A DNA stretch of 64,000 nt, taken from positions 395,146-459,145 of the forward strand of contig OY970200.1 in the NCBI GenBank assembly GCA_963708235.1, given 5' to 3'. Positions within the stretch are counted from its first letter, which is position 1. The number at the start of each line of letters is the position of its first letter. Positions 47,181 to 55,605 of the stretch are shown here, in pieces. The notes beneath the pieces are model-generated. The model was not told the DNA's origin. It did not search any database and saw only the letters and a list, made by a program, of their open reading frames with translations. The DNA is from an uncultured Acidimicrobiia bacterium. GTDB taxonomy: Bacteria; Actinomycetota; Acidimicrobiia; Spongiisociales; UBA5794. A program made the translations under genes and the position numbers.

Positions 47181-49982
47181 GTGTTCGCCGACCCTGCCGT
47201 CGAAGCCACCTTTGTCCCCGCCGACCCGCCACGCGCCGGCTGGATGGCGTTGTGGAGGTTCGATGGCGCCATCGGGTCCGCAGACGACGACCTGGAGTTG
47301 GTGCTGCCCGCTGGCCGGTCGGTACGGCGTCGCACCGTTGCGGTGCGGCGTGTCGCCCTCGACGACATCATCGATCCCTTGATGGAGTTGGCGGCCACCG
47401 CCGAAGTGCGACCTTCGGTGCGGGCGTGGGCCACGGCGACCCGGCTTGCCGTGGACCTGGTGGGTCGGGGTCGGATCCTTCCCGCCACGACCGCCGGCGG
47501 TGGGGACGCCTGGAGTCTGGGACCTCTCGACCCCGACGATGTCGAGCGGCGTCGGCGCCTCGGAGCGGCACTTCCTCCTGCCGCCCATGCCGTGCCATTG
47601 CCCGGCACCCGTCCGATACGGGTCTGGTCGGCTGACGTCCTGGTCGATGCCTTCTCCGATGCGATCGCCGATGTGCTTCCCCGCACCGCCGCCGCACCGC
47701 TTGCCGCCGGGCACCCGGCATTCGCCACCCGAGCGGTGACACAGGTCGATGTCGCTGCCCCATGGTTCGCCACGGTCACCGCCGCCGACGACGAGGCGAC
47801 GGTTGCGCTCCGCCTCGAACCGCCCGGCGACGATCAGGCGGCGTTCGCCGGTGTCCTCCTGGTGCAGAGCCGTCGCGATGCCAGCCTGGTGGTGCAGGCG
47901 GAGGACCTGTGGTCGATGCCGTCGGCGGTGCTGGCCCAGTTCGGAGACGTCGATACGACGCTGCTGGTGGCGTTGCGACGAGGAAGCCGGGCCTGGTCAC
48001 CGCTTGGTCGGCTCCTCGAAGACACGCGGCCGGCCCGACTCGAACTCACCGATTCCGAGGTGGACGAACTGCTCGGCGACGCCGCTGATGCGCTCGCCGC
48101 CGCCGGAATCCAGGTGCTGTGGCCGTCGGAGTTGCTCGCCTCGGTCAGCCTCCGTCCGGTGGTGAGCACACCGACCCCCGCCGCAGTCGCCGGGGCGGGA
48201 TTGACGATGGAGTCATTGCTGACCTGGCAGGCGTCGCTCGACGGGTTCCCGCTCACCACTGCCGAACTCGCCGCCCTCGCCGACGCAAAGCGCCCGCTGG
48301 TGCGGCTGCGGGGCCGTTGGGTGCGGGCCGATCCGGAGCGCCTGGGTCGGCTGCGCCGCCGACGGACCCTTGGTGGAGGCGCCGCCCTGGCGGCGGCTCT
48401 GGGCGGGGAACTGCGCGTCGACGGGGAGCTGATCGAAGCCGATGTCGAGGGCCCGATCGCCGATCTCGCCCGACGACTGCGCAGCTTCGAGGGCGCCGGT
48501 TCCGACGGTGATCGCATCGGCACCGAACCCGACGGGCTGGAGGCGACGCTGCGGCCCTACCAGCTGCGAGGGCTGAGCTGGTTGGTCGAGATGGCGGAGC
48601 TGGGCCTCGGCGGGATTCTCGCCGACGACATGGGTCTGGGCAAGACCGTCCAGATGCTGGCAGCGATCCTTGCCCGCAACCACGCCAGACGACGCAACGG
48701 CGAGTCGGCACAGCCGACGCTGGTGGTATGCCCGGCGACGCTGCTCGGCAACTGGGAGCGGGAGGCCAACCGCTTCGCACCCGAGCTCCCGGTGCGCCGG
48801 TTCCACGGCGCCGGCCGGACCCTCGAGGATCTCGCCGCCGACGAACTGGTGCTCGCCACGTATGGCGTGGTGCGCCGCGACGCCGCCATGCTGGCACCGG
48901 TGGGATGGGGGCTGGTCATCGCCGACGAGGCGCAGGCGATCAAGAACCCGCTGGCGGGCACCGCCCGGGCGTTGCGTACCGTTCCCGCCGCCGCCCGGTT
49001 TGCGCTCACCGGTACCCCGGTGGAGAACCGGCTGACCGAACTCTGGGCGATCCTCGACTGGACCACCCCTGGGCTACTCGGCCCGCTGGAGACGTTCCGA
49101 CGTGAGGTGGCGATCCCGGTGGAACGCAACCGCGACCCGCATGCCACCCAGTCGCTGGCACACCTGGTCCGACCGTTCCTGCTCCGACGCCGCAAGTCGG
49201 ACCCGACCATCGTCCCCGAGCTGCCTCCCAAGACCGAGACCGATCGGGTGGTCCCGCTCACCGTCGAGCAGGCCACCCTGTACAAGGCGGTGGTCGACCA
49301 GACCATGGACGAGATCCGCAACGCCGAGGGGATCAACCGGCGCGGGCTGGTCCTCAAGCTGCTCAACGCCCTCAAGCAGATCTGCAACCACCCGGCGCAG
49401 TACCTCGATCAGCCGGGGCCGCTGGCGGGACGGTCCGGCAAGCTGACCGCAGCCGTCGAACTGCTCGAGGTGATCGGATCGGAGGACGCCGCCGCCCTGG
49501 TCTTCACCCAGTACGTCCGGATGGGGCGTCTTCTCGAAGAACACCTCTCGGCGAAGGGGATGCGAACGCTGTTCCTCCACGGGTCGCTGACGGTGCGTCG
49601 TCGCCAGGAGATGGTCGATCGTTTCCAGGCAGGCCACGCCGACGCCTTCGTCATCTCGCTCAAGGCCGGTGGCACCGGGCTCAACCTCACCCGGGCGAGC
49701 CACGTCATCCACTACGACCGCTGGTGGAACCCGGCCGTCGAGGATCAGGCGAGCGACCGGGCGTGGCGGATCGGCCAGGACCAGCCGGTCCAGGTACACC
49801 GGATGGTGTGCGAGGGGACCGTGGAGGACCGCATCTCCGCCCTGCTCGCCACCAAGCGGGAGCTGGCCGAAGCGGTCGTCGGCGGGGGGGAGGCGTGGAT
49901 CACCGAAATGGGTGACGACGACCTCGCCGACCTGGTGGCGCTCTCCGCCGAGACCAGGACGTCGACGGAGATTGGGTCATGA
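47181..49982 (+). CDS. SNF2/RAD54-family helicase (HelZ-like) with a ~450-aa N-terminal extension
   Basis: Motifs LADDMGLGKTVQ (I), DEAQAIKN (II), helicase C QASDRAWRIGQ. GTG start. Confidence 0.8.
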   Translation: MFADPAVEATFVPADPPRAGWMALWRFDGAIGSADDDLELVLPAGRSVRRRTVAVRRVALDDIIDPLMELAATAEVRPSVRAWATATRLAVDLVGRGRILPATTAGGGDAWSLGPLDPDDVERRRRLGAALPPAAHAVPLPGTRPIRVWSADVLVDAFSDAIADVLPRTAAAPLAAGHPAFATRAVTQVDVAAPWFATVTAADDEATVALRLEPPGDDQAAFAGVLLVQSRRDASLVVQAEDLWSMPSAVLAQFGDVDTTLLVALRRGSRAWSPLGRLLEDTRPARLELTDSEVDELLGDAADALAAAGIQVLWPSELLASVSLRPVVSTPTPAAVAGAGLTMESLLTWQASLDGFPLTTAELAALADAKRPLVRLRGRWVRADPERLGRLRRRRTLGGGAALAAALGGELRVDGELIEADVEGPIADLARRLRSFEGAGSDGDRIGTEPDGLEATLRPYQLRGLSWLVEMAELGLGGILADDMGLGKTVQMLAAILARNHARRRNGESAQPTLVVCPATLLGNWEREANRFAPELPVRRFHGAGRTLEDLAADELVLATYGVVRRDAAMLAPVGWGLVIADEAQAIKNPLAGTARALRTVPAAARFALTGTPVENRLTELWAILDWTTPGLLGPLETFRREVAIPVERNRDPHATQSLAHLVRPFLLRRRKSDPTIVPELPPKTETDRVVPLTVEQATLYKAVVDQTMDEIRNAEGINRRGLVLKLLNALKQICNHPAQYLDQPGPLAGRSGKLTAAVELLEVIGSEDAAALVFTQYVRMGRLLEEHLSAKGMRTLFLHGSLTVRRRQEMVDRFQAGHADAFVISLKAGGTGLNLTRASHVIHYDRWWNPAVEDQASDRAWRIGQDQPVQVHRMVCEGTVEDRISALLATKRELAEAVVGGGEAWITEMGDDDLADLVALSAETRTSTEIGS

Positions 49983-51187
49983 GCGGGCGACGCCGTGGCG
50001 AGTTCACCACCACCTGGTGGGGGCGGGCGTGGATCGAGGCGCTGGAACAGCGTGCCAGCCTCGACCCCAACCGGTTGCCGCGCGGTCGCACCTACGCCCG
50101 CCACGGACACGTCGCCGGGTTGGAGTTGGCGCCGGGAGCCGTGTCGGCGCTCGTGCAGGGGAGCCGGCGGCAGCCGTACCGGGTGAAGGTGGCGATGCGT
50201 CAGTTCACCGAAACGGATTGGGATCGACTCCTCGATGCGGTGGTCGCCAGGGCGGCGCATGCGGCGGCGCTCCTCGACGGCGACCTCGATCCCGGGATCG
50301 TCGAGGACGCCCGTGCCGCCGGTGTCGAACTCCTCCCCGGTGCAGGCGACCTGCGCCCACGCTGCTCGTGCCCGGACTGGGCCGACCCGTGTAAACACTC
50401 GGCGGCGGTCTGCTACCTGGTGGCGAGGGAGCTCGACAAGGACCCCTTCGCCCTCCTGCTGTTGCGGGGACGACCCAGAGACGAGATCCTCGACGAGATG
50501 CGTCAGCGGCGTCGCGGCGCAACCACCGTCGATGCGCCCGCACCCGGGGTGCCGGGAGAGGGAGCCGACGCAGGTATCCGCGCCACCGAGGCGTGGCGGC
50601 GGGAACCCGGTGCGCTGCCCGAAGTCCCGGCGGTGCGTGCCCACCCCGGCCGGTTGGCGACCTGGCCGGTCGACCCGCCACCGTCGGCGCCGTTCACCGC
50701 CGGCGGGCTGATCGCGGTAGCCGAAGACGCCGTCGAACGGGCCTGGCGGATGGCCCGGGGCGACACCGGTTCCCATCTGGGACTCGACCCCGATGCCGAT
50801 CTTGCCCGTCGCAGCGCCGCCCGGCTCGACACGGCGACACCGCCCGCGACGCTGGCCGAACTGGCGGCGGCAGCCGGGATCGATCGGCGAACCCTGACCC
50901 GCCGTGCCGAGGCCTGGCGCCACGCCGGCGAGGACGGACTCCGGGTCATCACCGAGTCACGCTGGAGACCCGATCCTCTGCTCATGGCCGAGGCCCGGGA
51001 TCGCCTCGCCCAGCTCGGCGTCGCCGTCTCTCGGATCAGGACCGACCGCAACGCCCTCACCATCGGTCCCCGCCATTTCCGACTCGGACACGACGGCCGC
51101 TGGTGGCCCTACCAACGTCGCTCCAACCGCTGGGAACTCGCCGGCCCACCCGCCGACGACATCGATGAGCTGTGGACCGCCGAGTAG
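49979..51187 (+). CDS. SWIM zinc-finger protein (partner of the SNF2 helicase)
   Basis: ATGA overlap. CSCPDWADPCKHSAAV is a CxC...CxH SWIM motif. Confidence 0.75.
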   Translation: MSGRRRGEFTTTWWGRAWIEALEQRASLDPNRLPRGRTYARHGHVAGLELAPGAVSALVQGSRRQPYRVKVAMRQFTETDWDRLLDAVVARAAHAAALLDGDLDPGIVEDARAAGVELLPGAGDLRPRCSCPDWADPCKHSAAVCYLVARELDKDPFALLLLRGRPRDEILDEMRQRRRGATTVDAPAPGVPGEGADAGIRATEAWRREPGALPEVPAVRAHPGRLATWPVDPPPSAPFTAGGLIAVAEDAVERAWRMARGDTGSHLGLDPDADLARRSAARLDTATPPATLAELAAAAGIDRRTLTRRAEAWRHAGEDGLRVITESRWRPDPLLMAEARDRLAQLGVAVSRIRTDRNALTIGPRHFRLGHDGRWWPYQRRSNRWELAGPPADDIDELWTAE

Positions 51188-51276
51188 GCACCCAGTCGCG
51201 TGCTCTACCAGTTGACCTGCCCTACCCCGTACGCATCGGTCATGTCGGAGCTGGGGCCGCGCTTCATGGTGTTCTC

Positions 51277-51308
51277 GGGCCCGGGACCCCGATGCGGATC
51301 CCGGGCCC
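51277..51308. terminator. Bidirectional intrinsic-terminator-like hairpin between convergent SWIM and nrdJ genes
   Basis: GGGCCCGGGA-(12 nt)-TCCCGGGCCC, a perfect 10-bp stem, 7 nt past the nrdJ stop. No U-tract, which is common in high-GC genomes. Confidence 0.4.
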
Positions 51309-51314
51309 CACGCT

Positions 51315-54300
51315 TCAGCTGCAGCCCTTGCTGTCGCCGCAGTTGAGGCAGCGGTAGCAGGAGCCGTTTCGCACGGTGATGTGACCGCAGGTGTCGCACA
51401 GGGGGGCGTCGCCCATCTTGTCGGCGAGGGCCTGCTGGACGGCGGCGGTCTGGACATCGGCGTTGGTGTGCACCCGGGCGGCGGCGGCAGGTGGGGCGGT
51501 CGCCGTGGCGGTGGCGGTCCCGTTGCCGTTGCTGTGGACGTGGTGACCGTTGCTGCCGGTGCCGTTGGACGGCGCGGTGTCGTCGTCGTCGTCCGTGAAG
51601 CGGGCGGCGGCGATCTCGGCGTCGATGTCGCTCTCCATGGCGGAGTCCTCGAGACCGAGCTGCAGACCGGCTTCGACGGCCATGCCCTTCGGGGGCTCGG
51701 GGAGGCTCATCGAACGGTCGGGCGGCACCTGGGCCAGTTCGTCGCGCTCGAGGTACTCCACACCGAGGGCACGGAACACGTAGTCGACGATCGAGTTCGC
51801 CATCTTGATGTTGGGGTGGCCCTCCACCATGCCGCGGGGCTCGAACGTCTGGAAGGTGAAGGTGTCGACGAACTCCTCGAGCGGGACGCCGTACTGCAGA
51901 CCCTTGGACACCGCAATGGCGAAGCAGGACAGGATCCCACGCAGGGTGGCGCCTTCCTTGGCCAGGTCGATGAAGACCTCACCGAGCGTCCCGTCCGGGT
52001 ACTCGCCGGTGCGGAGGAACACCTTGTGACCGCCGATGCGGCCTTCCTGGGTGTACCCGCCACGGCGCGACGGGAGCAGGAAGCGGGGACGGGGCAGATC
52101 TTTGTAGGCCTCCGACGGGGACGCCCCGGGACGGAACATCCCGGCGTGGACCATGGCGTTGCCGTTCATCACCAACTCGCGCTCGGTGGTGAGCGCCTCG
52201 TCGAGACCTTCGTCCTCGTCCTCGGCGACCGCATCGTCGGACTTCGCCGACAGCGGCTGGGACGCCTTGGAACCGTCGCGGTACAGCGCCATCGCCTTGA
52301 GACCCAGTTCCCACGACATGTGATAGGACTCTTCGATGTCCTCGACCGTCACCTCGTTGGGCATGTTGATCGTCTTCGAGATCGCCCCCGAGATGAACGG
52401 CTGGGCCGCCGCCATCATCTTGATGTGGCCGGTGTGGTGGATGAACCGCACCCCGATCTTGCCGTTGCGGTTGGCCGTGTCGAACACCGGGAGATGCTCG
52501 TCACGCAGGTGCGGGGCGCCCTCGATGGTCTGCCGCCCACAGATGTGGTCGTTGGCCTCGCGGATGTCCTGGTCGGAGAACCCGACCGCCTTGAGCATGT
52601 TGAAGCCGGGATCGTTGTACTGCTCGGAGGTGAAGCCGAGACGGCGCATCGTCTCCTCGCCCAGCGTCCACTGGTTGAAGGCGAACCCGAGCTCGAACAC
52701 ACCCGGGAGCACCGACTCGATCTTGTCGATGTCGTCGGCCGAGAAACCCTTGGCGATCAGCGTGGCGGTGTTGACGTGCGGCGCCCGGTTCAGGCTCATC
52801 GTCCCGACCACGTACTCGATGATCTGCTGGACCTGGTACTGGTCGTAGCCGAGACGCTCCAGCGCCGGGCGGATCGACTGGTTGGCGATCTTGAAGTAGC
52901 CGCCACCGGCCAGCTTCTTGAACTTGACCAGCGCAAAGTCGGGCTCCACCCCGGTGGTGTCGCAGTCCATCAACAGCCCGATGGTGCCGGTCGGCGCCAG
53001 GACCGTGGTCTGGGCGTTGCGGTAACCGTGCTCCTCACCCAGCGACACCGCGGCGTCCCAGGCGGCGTGGGCCTGCTCCAACATCTCCGGTGGGCACAAC
53101 GCCTGGTCGATCCCGACCACGAAGTGCGACACCTGGTCGTACTCGTCCTGCTCGGCGCCGTAGGCGGCACGGCGATGGTTCTCCATCACCCGCAGCATCG
53201 AGTCGCGGTTGTCGTCGAACTTGGGGAAGGCGCCGAGCACCTCGGCCATCTCCGCCGAGGCGGCGTACGAGTAGCCGGTGAGGATGGCGGTGAGCGCCCC
53301 GGCGATGGTGCGACCCTGATCGGAGTCGTACGGGATACCCGCCCGCATCAGCAGCGACCCAAGGTTGGCGTAACCGAGACCAAGCGTGCGGTAGTCGAAG
53401 CTGCCCTGGGCGATCGCCGCCGAGGGGAACTGCGCCATCGTCACCGAGACCTCCAACACCACGGTCCACAGCCGGATGGCGTGGCGGTAGCCGTCGAGGT
53501 CGAACGACCCGTCCGGGTTCTCGAAGGAGACCAGGTTGAGCGACGCCAGGTTGCAGGCGGTGTTGTCGAGGAACACGTATTCCGAGCACGGGTTGGTGGC
53601 CCGGATCCGACCACCGGCGGGGGAGGTGTGCCACTCCTGGATGGTGGTGTCGAACTGGACACCGGGATCGGCGCACTGCCAGGCGGCGTCGGCGATCTGA
53701 CGCCACAGCTCGCGGGCCTTGAGGGTCTTCATCACCGAGCCGTCGGTGCGGGCGGTGAGGTTCCAGTCGGCGTCGGCGAGCACCGCCTCGACGAACTCGT
53801 TGGAGAGCCGCACCGAGTTGTTGGAGTTCTGACCGGAGACGGTGGCGTAGGCCTCGCCGTTGAAGTCGGCGGAGTAGCCGGCGGCGACCAGCGCCCGGAC
53901 CTTCTTCTCCTCCTCGGCCTTCCAGTTGATGAAGGTCTCGATGTCGGGGTGGTCGACGTCGACGATCACCATCTTGGCGGCGCGGCGGGTCGTGCCACCG
54001 GATTTGATTGCCCCGGCGGCGCGGTCGCCGACCTTGAGGAAGCTCATCAGCCCCGAGGACTTGCCGCCACCGGAGAGCATTTCGCCCTCGGCCCGGATGT
54101 GCGAGAAGTTGGCGCCGGACCCGGCACCCATCTTGAACAGGCGCGCCTCGCGGACCCACAGGTCCATGATTCCGCCTTCGTTGACCAGGTCGTCGTCGAC
54201 GCTGTTGATGAAACAGGCATGGGGAGCGGGGTGGCTGTAGGCGTCGTCGGCCTCGACCAGCTCCTCGGTCTTGGGGTCTACGTACCAGAACCCCTGGGCG

Positions 54301-54773
54301 GTGCCGGTGATGCCGTAGGCGTGGTTGAGACCGGTGTTGAACCACTGCGGAGAGTTCGGGGCGGCCATCTGGTGGACCAGCATGTAGGCCATCTCGTCCT
54401 CGAACGCCTGGGCATCGTCGGCGGTGGCGAAGTAGCCGTGCTCCTCCGCCCACCAGCGCCACGTCGACGCCAGCCGACCGATGACCTGGCGCGCCGAGCG
54501 CTCCGGCCCGGTGACCGGGGCACCGTTCTCGTCGAGGATCGGATTGCCGGCGTCGTCGACCTGGGGGACACCGGCCTTGCGGAAGTACTTGGAGACCATG
54601 ATGTCGGCGGCGACCTGCGACCACCCGGAGGGGATCTCGGCGTCCTTCATCTCGAAGACAACCGAGCCGTCGGGGTTGGTGATCCGGCTGTCCCGATGGG
54701 ACCATTCGACAGTGGAATAGGGGTCCGATCCCTCTGTCGTGAACCGGCGTTCGATCCGCAGACCCTTGGTCAT
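51315..54773 (-). CDS. nrdJ: Vitamin B12-dependent (class II) ribonucleotide reductase
   Basis: Class II RNR core motifs (NPCSEY, CNLASLNL) and C-terminal zinc-ribbon CDTCGHITVRNGSCYRCLNCGDSKGC. Start chosen at MTKGLRIE (ATG 54773) with GGGAGGGATGAGC SD. Confidence 0.85.
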   Translation of the reverse strand: MTKGLRIERRFTTEGSDPYSTVEWSHRDSRITNPDGSVVFEMKDAEIPSGWSQVAADIMVSKYFRKAGVPQVDDAGNPILDENGAPVTGPERSARQVIGRLASTWRWWAEEHGYFATADDAQAFEDEMAYMLVHQMAAPNSPQWFNTGLNHAYGITGTAQGFWYVDPKTEELVEADDAYSHPAPHACFINSVDDDLVNEGGIMDLWVREARLFKMGAGSGANFSHIRAEGEMLSGGGKSSGLMSFLKVGDRAAGAIKSGGTTRRAAKMVIVDVDHPDIETFINWKAEEEKKVRALVAAGYSADFNGEAYATVSGQNSNNSVRLSNEFVEAVLADADWNLTARTDGSVMKTLKARELWRQIADAAWQCADPGVQFDTTIQEWHTSPAGGRIRATNPCSEYVFLDNTACNLASLNLVSFENPDGSFDLDGYRHAIRLWTVVLEVSVTMAQFPSAAIAQGSFDYRTLGLGYANLGSLLMRAGIPYDSDQGRTIAGALTAILTGYSYAASAEMAEVLGAFPKFDDNRDSMLRVMENHRRAAYGAEQDEYDQVSHFVVGIDQALCPPEMLEQAHAAWDAAVSLGEEHGYRNAQTTVLAPTGTIGLLMDCDTTGVEPDFALVKFKKLAGGGYFKIANQSIRPALERLGYDQYQVQQIIEYVVGTMSLNRAPHVNTATLIAKGFSADDIDKIESVLPGVFELGFAFNQWTLGEETMRRLGFTSEQYNDPGFNMLKAVGFSDQDIREANDHICGRQTIEGAPHLRDEHLPVFDTANRNGKIGVRFIHHTGHIKMMAAAQPFISGAISKTINMPNEVTVEDIEESYHMSWELGLKAMALYRDGSKASQPLSAKSDDAVAEDEDEGLDEALTTERELVMNGNAMVHAGMFRPGASPSEAYKDLPRPRFLLPSRRGGYTQEGRIGGHKVFLRTGEYPDGTLGEVFIDLAKEGATLRGILSCFAIAVSKGLQYGVPLEEFVDTFTFQTFEPRGMVEGHPNIKMANSIVDYVFRALGVEYLERDELAQVPPDRSMSLPEPPKGMAVEAGLQLGLEDSAMESDIDAEIAAARFTDDDDDTAPSNGTGSNGHHVHSNGNGTATATATAPPAAAARVHTNADVQTAAVQQALADKMGDAPLCDTCGHITVRNGSCYRCLNCGDSKGCS

Positions 54774-54841
54774 GCTCATCCCTCCCAGGGGGTGTGGCGC
54801 CCACCACGAGCGCCGTATGTAATCCACAGGTTTATCAACAG

Positions 54842-54889
54842 CCACTACATATGGGGGTGGGGGAGTCTGGCTGACCCAATATGTAGCGC
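54842..54889. promoter_or_regulatory. Two NrdR-box-like 16-bp sites spaced 32 bp centre to centre upstream of nrdJ
   Basis: cCACTACATATGGGGg (54842..54857) and, on the opposite strand, gcGCTACATATTGGGt (54874..54889), versus consensus acacTAtATaTagtgt. The spacing of ~3 helical turns is typical of NrdR operators. Confidence 0.55.
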
Positions 54890-55102
54890 AGACCCCCGAT
54901 CATAGTTACAGATGTGTAACTACGTCAAGGGGGTTCGGGGGGTCTCCCGGCCTGTTCGCCGCACATGCCCGACCGACCCCCACAGTTCTACCGCCGCCGC
55001 CGCTTCGGGGGCAAGTCGAGAGGGTGGTTATGTTTCGCGACGGCTCCTGACTTTTCGCGACGAAGGAGGTCACGACCGCCAGATCTCGGCCGGCGGCGGG
55101 GG

Positions 55103-55540
55103 TCAGGTTGCGAGTTCGACGCTCTCACAGGCGATGGTGATGGTCTCGATGGCGATGTCGTTGCTGCCGGCGTCGAGCGTCGGTCCCTCGTACATCGACG
55201 GCCATGCGTTGAAGAAGTTCCACCGGGCCACCTCCTGTCGACGGCGGTCGAGCAGGATCACCGAGATGGTGCGACGTTCGTCCTCGCCGCCGGCGACCGT
55301 CTCGAACCACCGCCACAGGTTCGGGTTGCCGTCGTATCCCCGGGTCAGCTTGAGGTCCCCGATCTCGACCGAGCCCATCAGGCGGCGTGCGCTCAGTCTG
55401 CGGTCGTCGCCCTCGCGCACCCGCATCGGCTGTGCCGAGATCTTGGGGAGGTCGGCGATGATGAAATCACTCACCTCGACCCCGGATATCTCGACGATGA
55501 AGTTGAATGCGCTGAACGGGTCGCCGTCTCGTGTGGTCAC
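55103..55540 (-). CDS. Phage T4 gp19-like / eCIS Afp1-type tail tube protein, orphan
   Basis: GTG 55540 with AAGGGGG SD. FNFIVEISGVE..KLTRGYDGNPNLWRWFE..ISVILLDRRRQEVARWNFFNAWPSMYEGPTLDAGSNDIAIETITIACESVEL matches the TIGR02241/PF06841 pattern (ISVILLD..RW..NAWP.K..GP...A.GN.VAIETLEIAHEGL). Confidence 0.7.
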   Translation of the reverse strand: MTTRDGDPFSAFNFIVEISGVEVSDFIIADLPKISAQPMRVREGDDRRLSARRLMGSVEIGDLKLTRGYDGNPNLWRWFETVAGGEDERRTISVILLDRRRQEVARWNFFNAWPSMYEGPTLDAGSNDIAIETITIACESVELAT

Positions 55541-55605
55541 CTCTACCCCCTTGTCGTCGCCACCGTCACCGGGGGTTGCCGAACCGCCGGTGGACGCCGT
55601 TCAGA

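Noticed and set aside
54780-54845. nrdJ starting at the first Met (54845)
   Set aside because: It would place the start codon inside NrdR box 1. The Met at 54773 has a GGGAGGG SD, and the upstream segment is better explained as 5' UTR.
51381-54905. 1174-aa plus-strand ORF and 590-aa minus ORF (53035..54807) overlapping nrdJ
   Set aside because: Gly/Arg/Val-rich high-GC antisense or off-frame artefacts. nrdJ on the minus strand has a clear family match.
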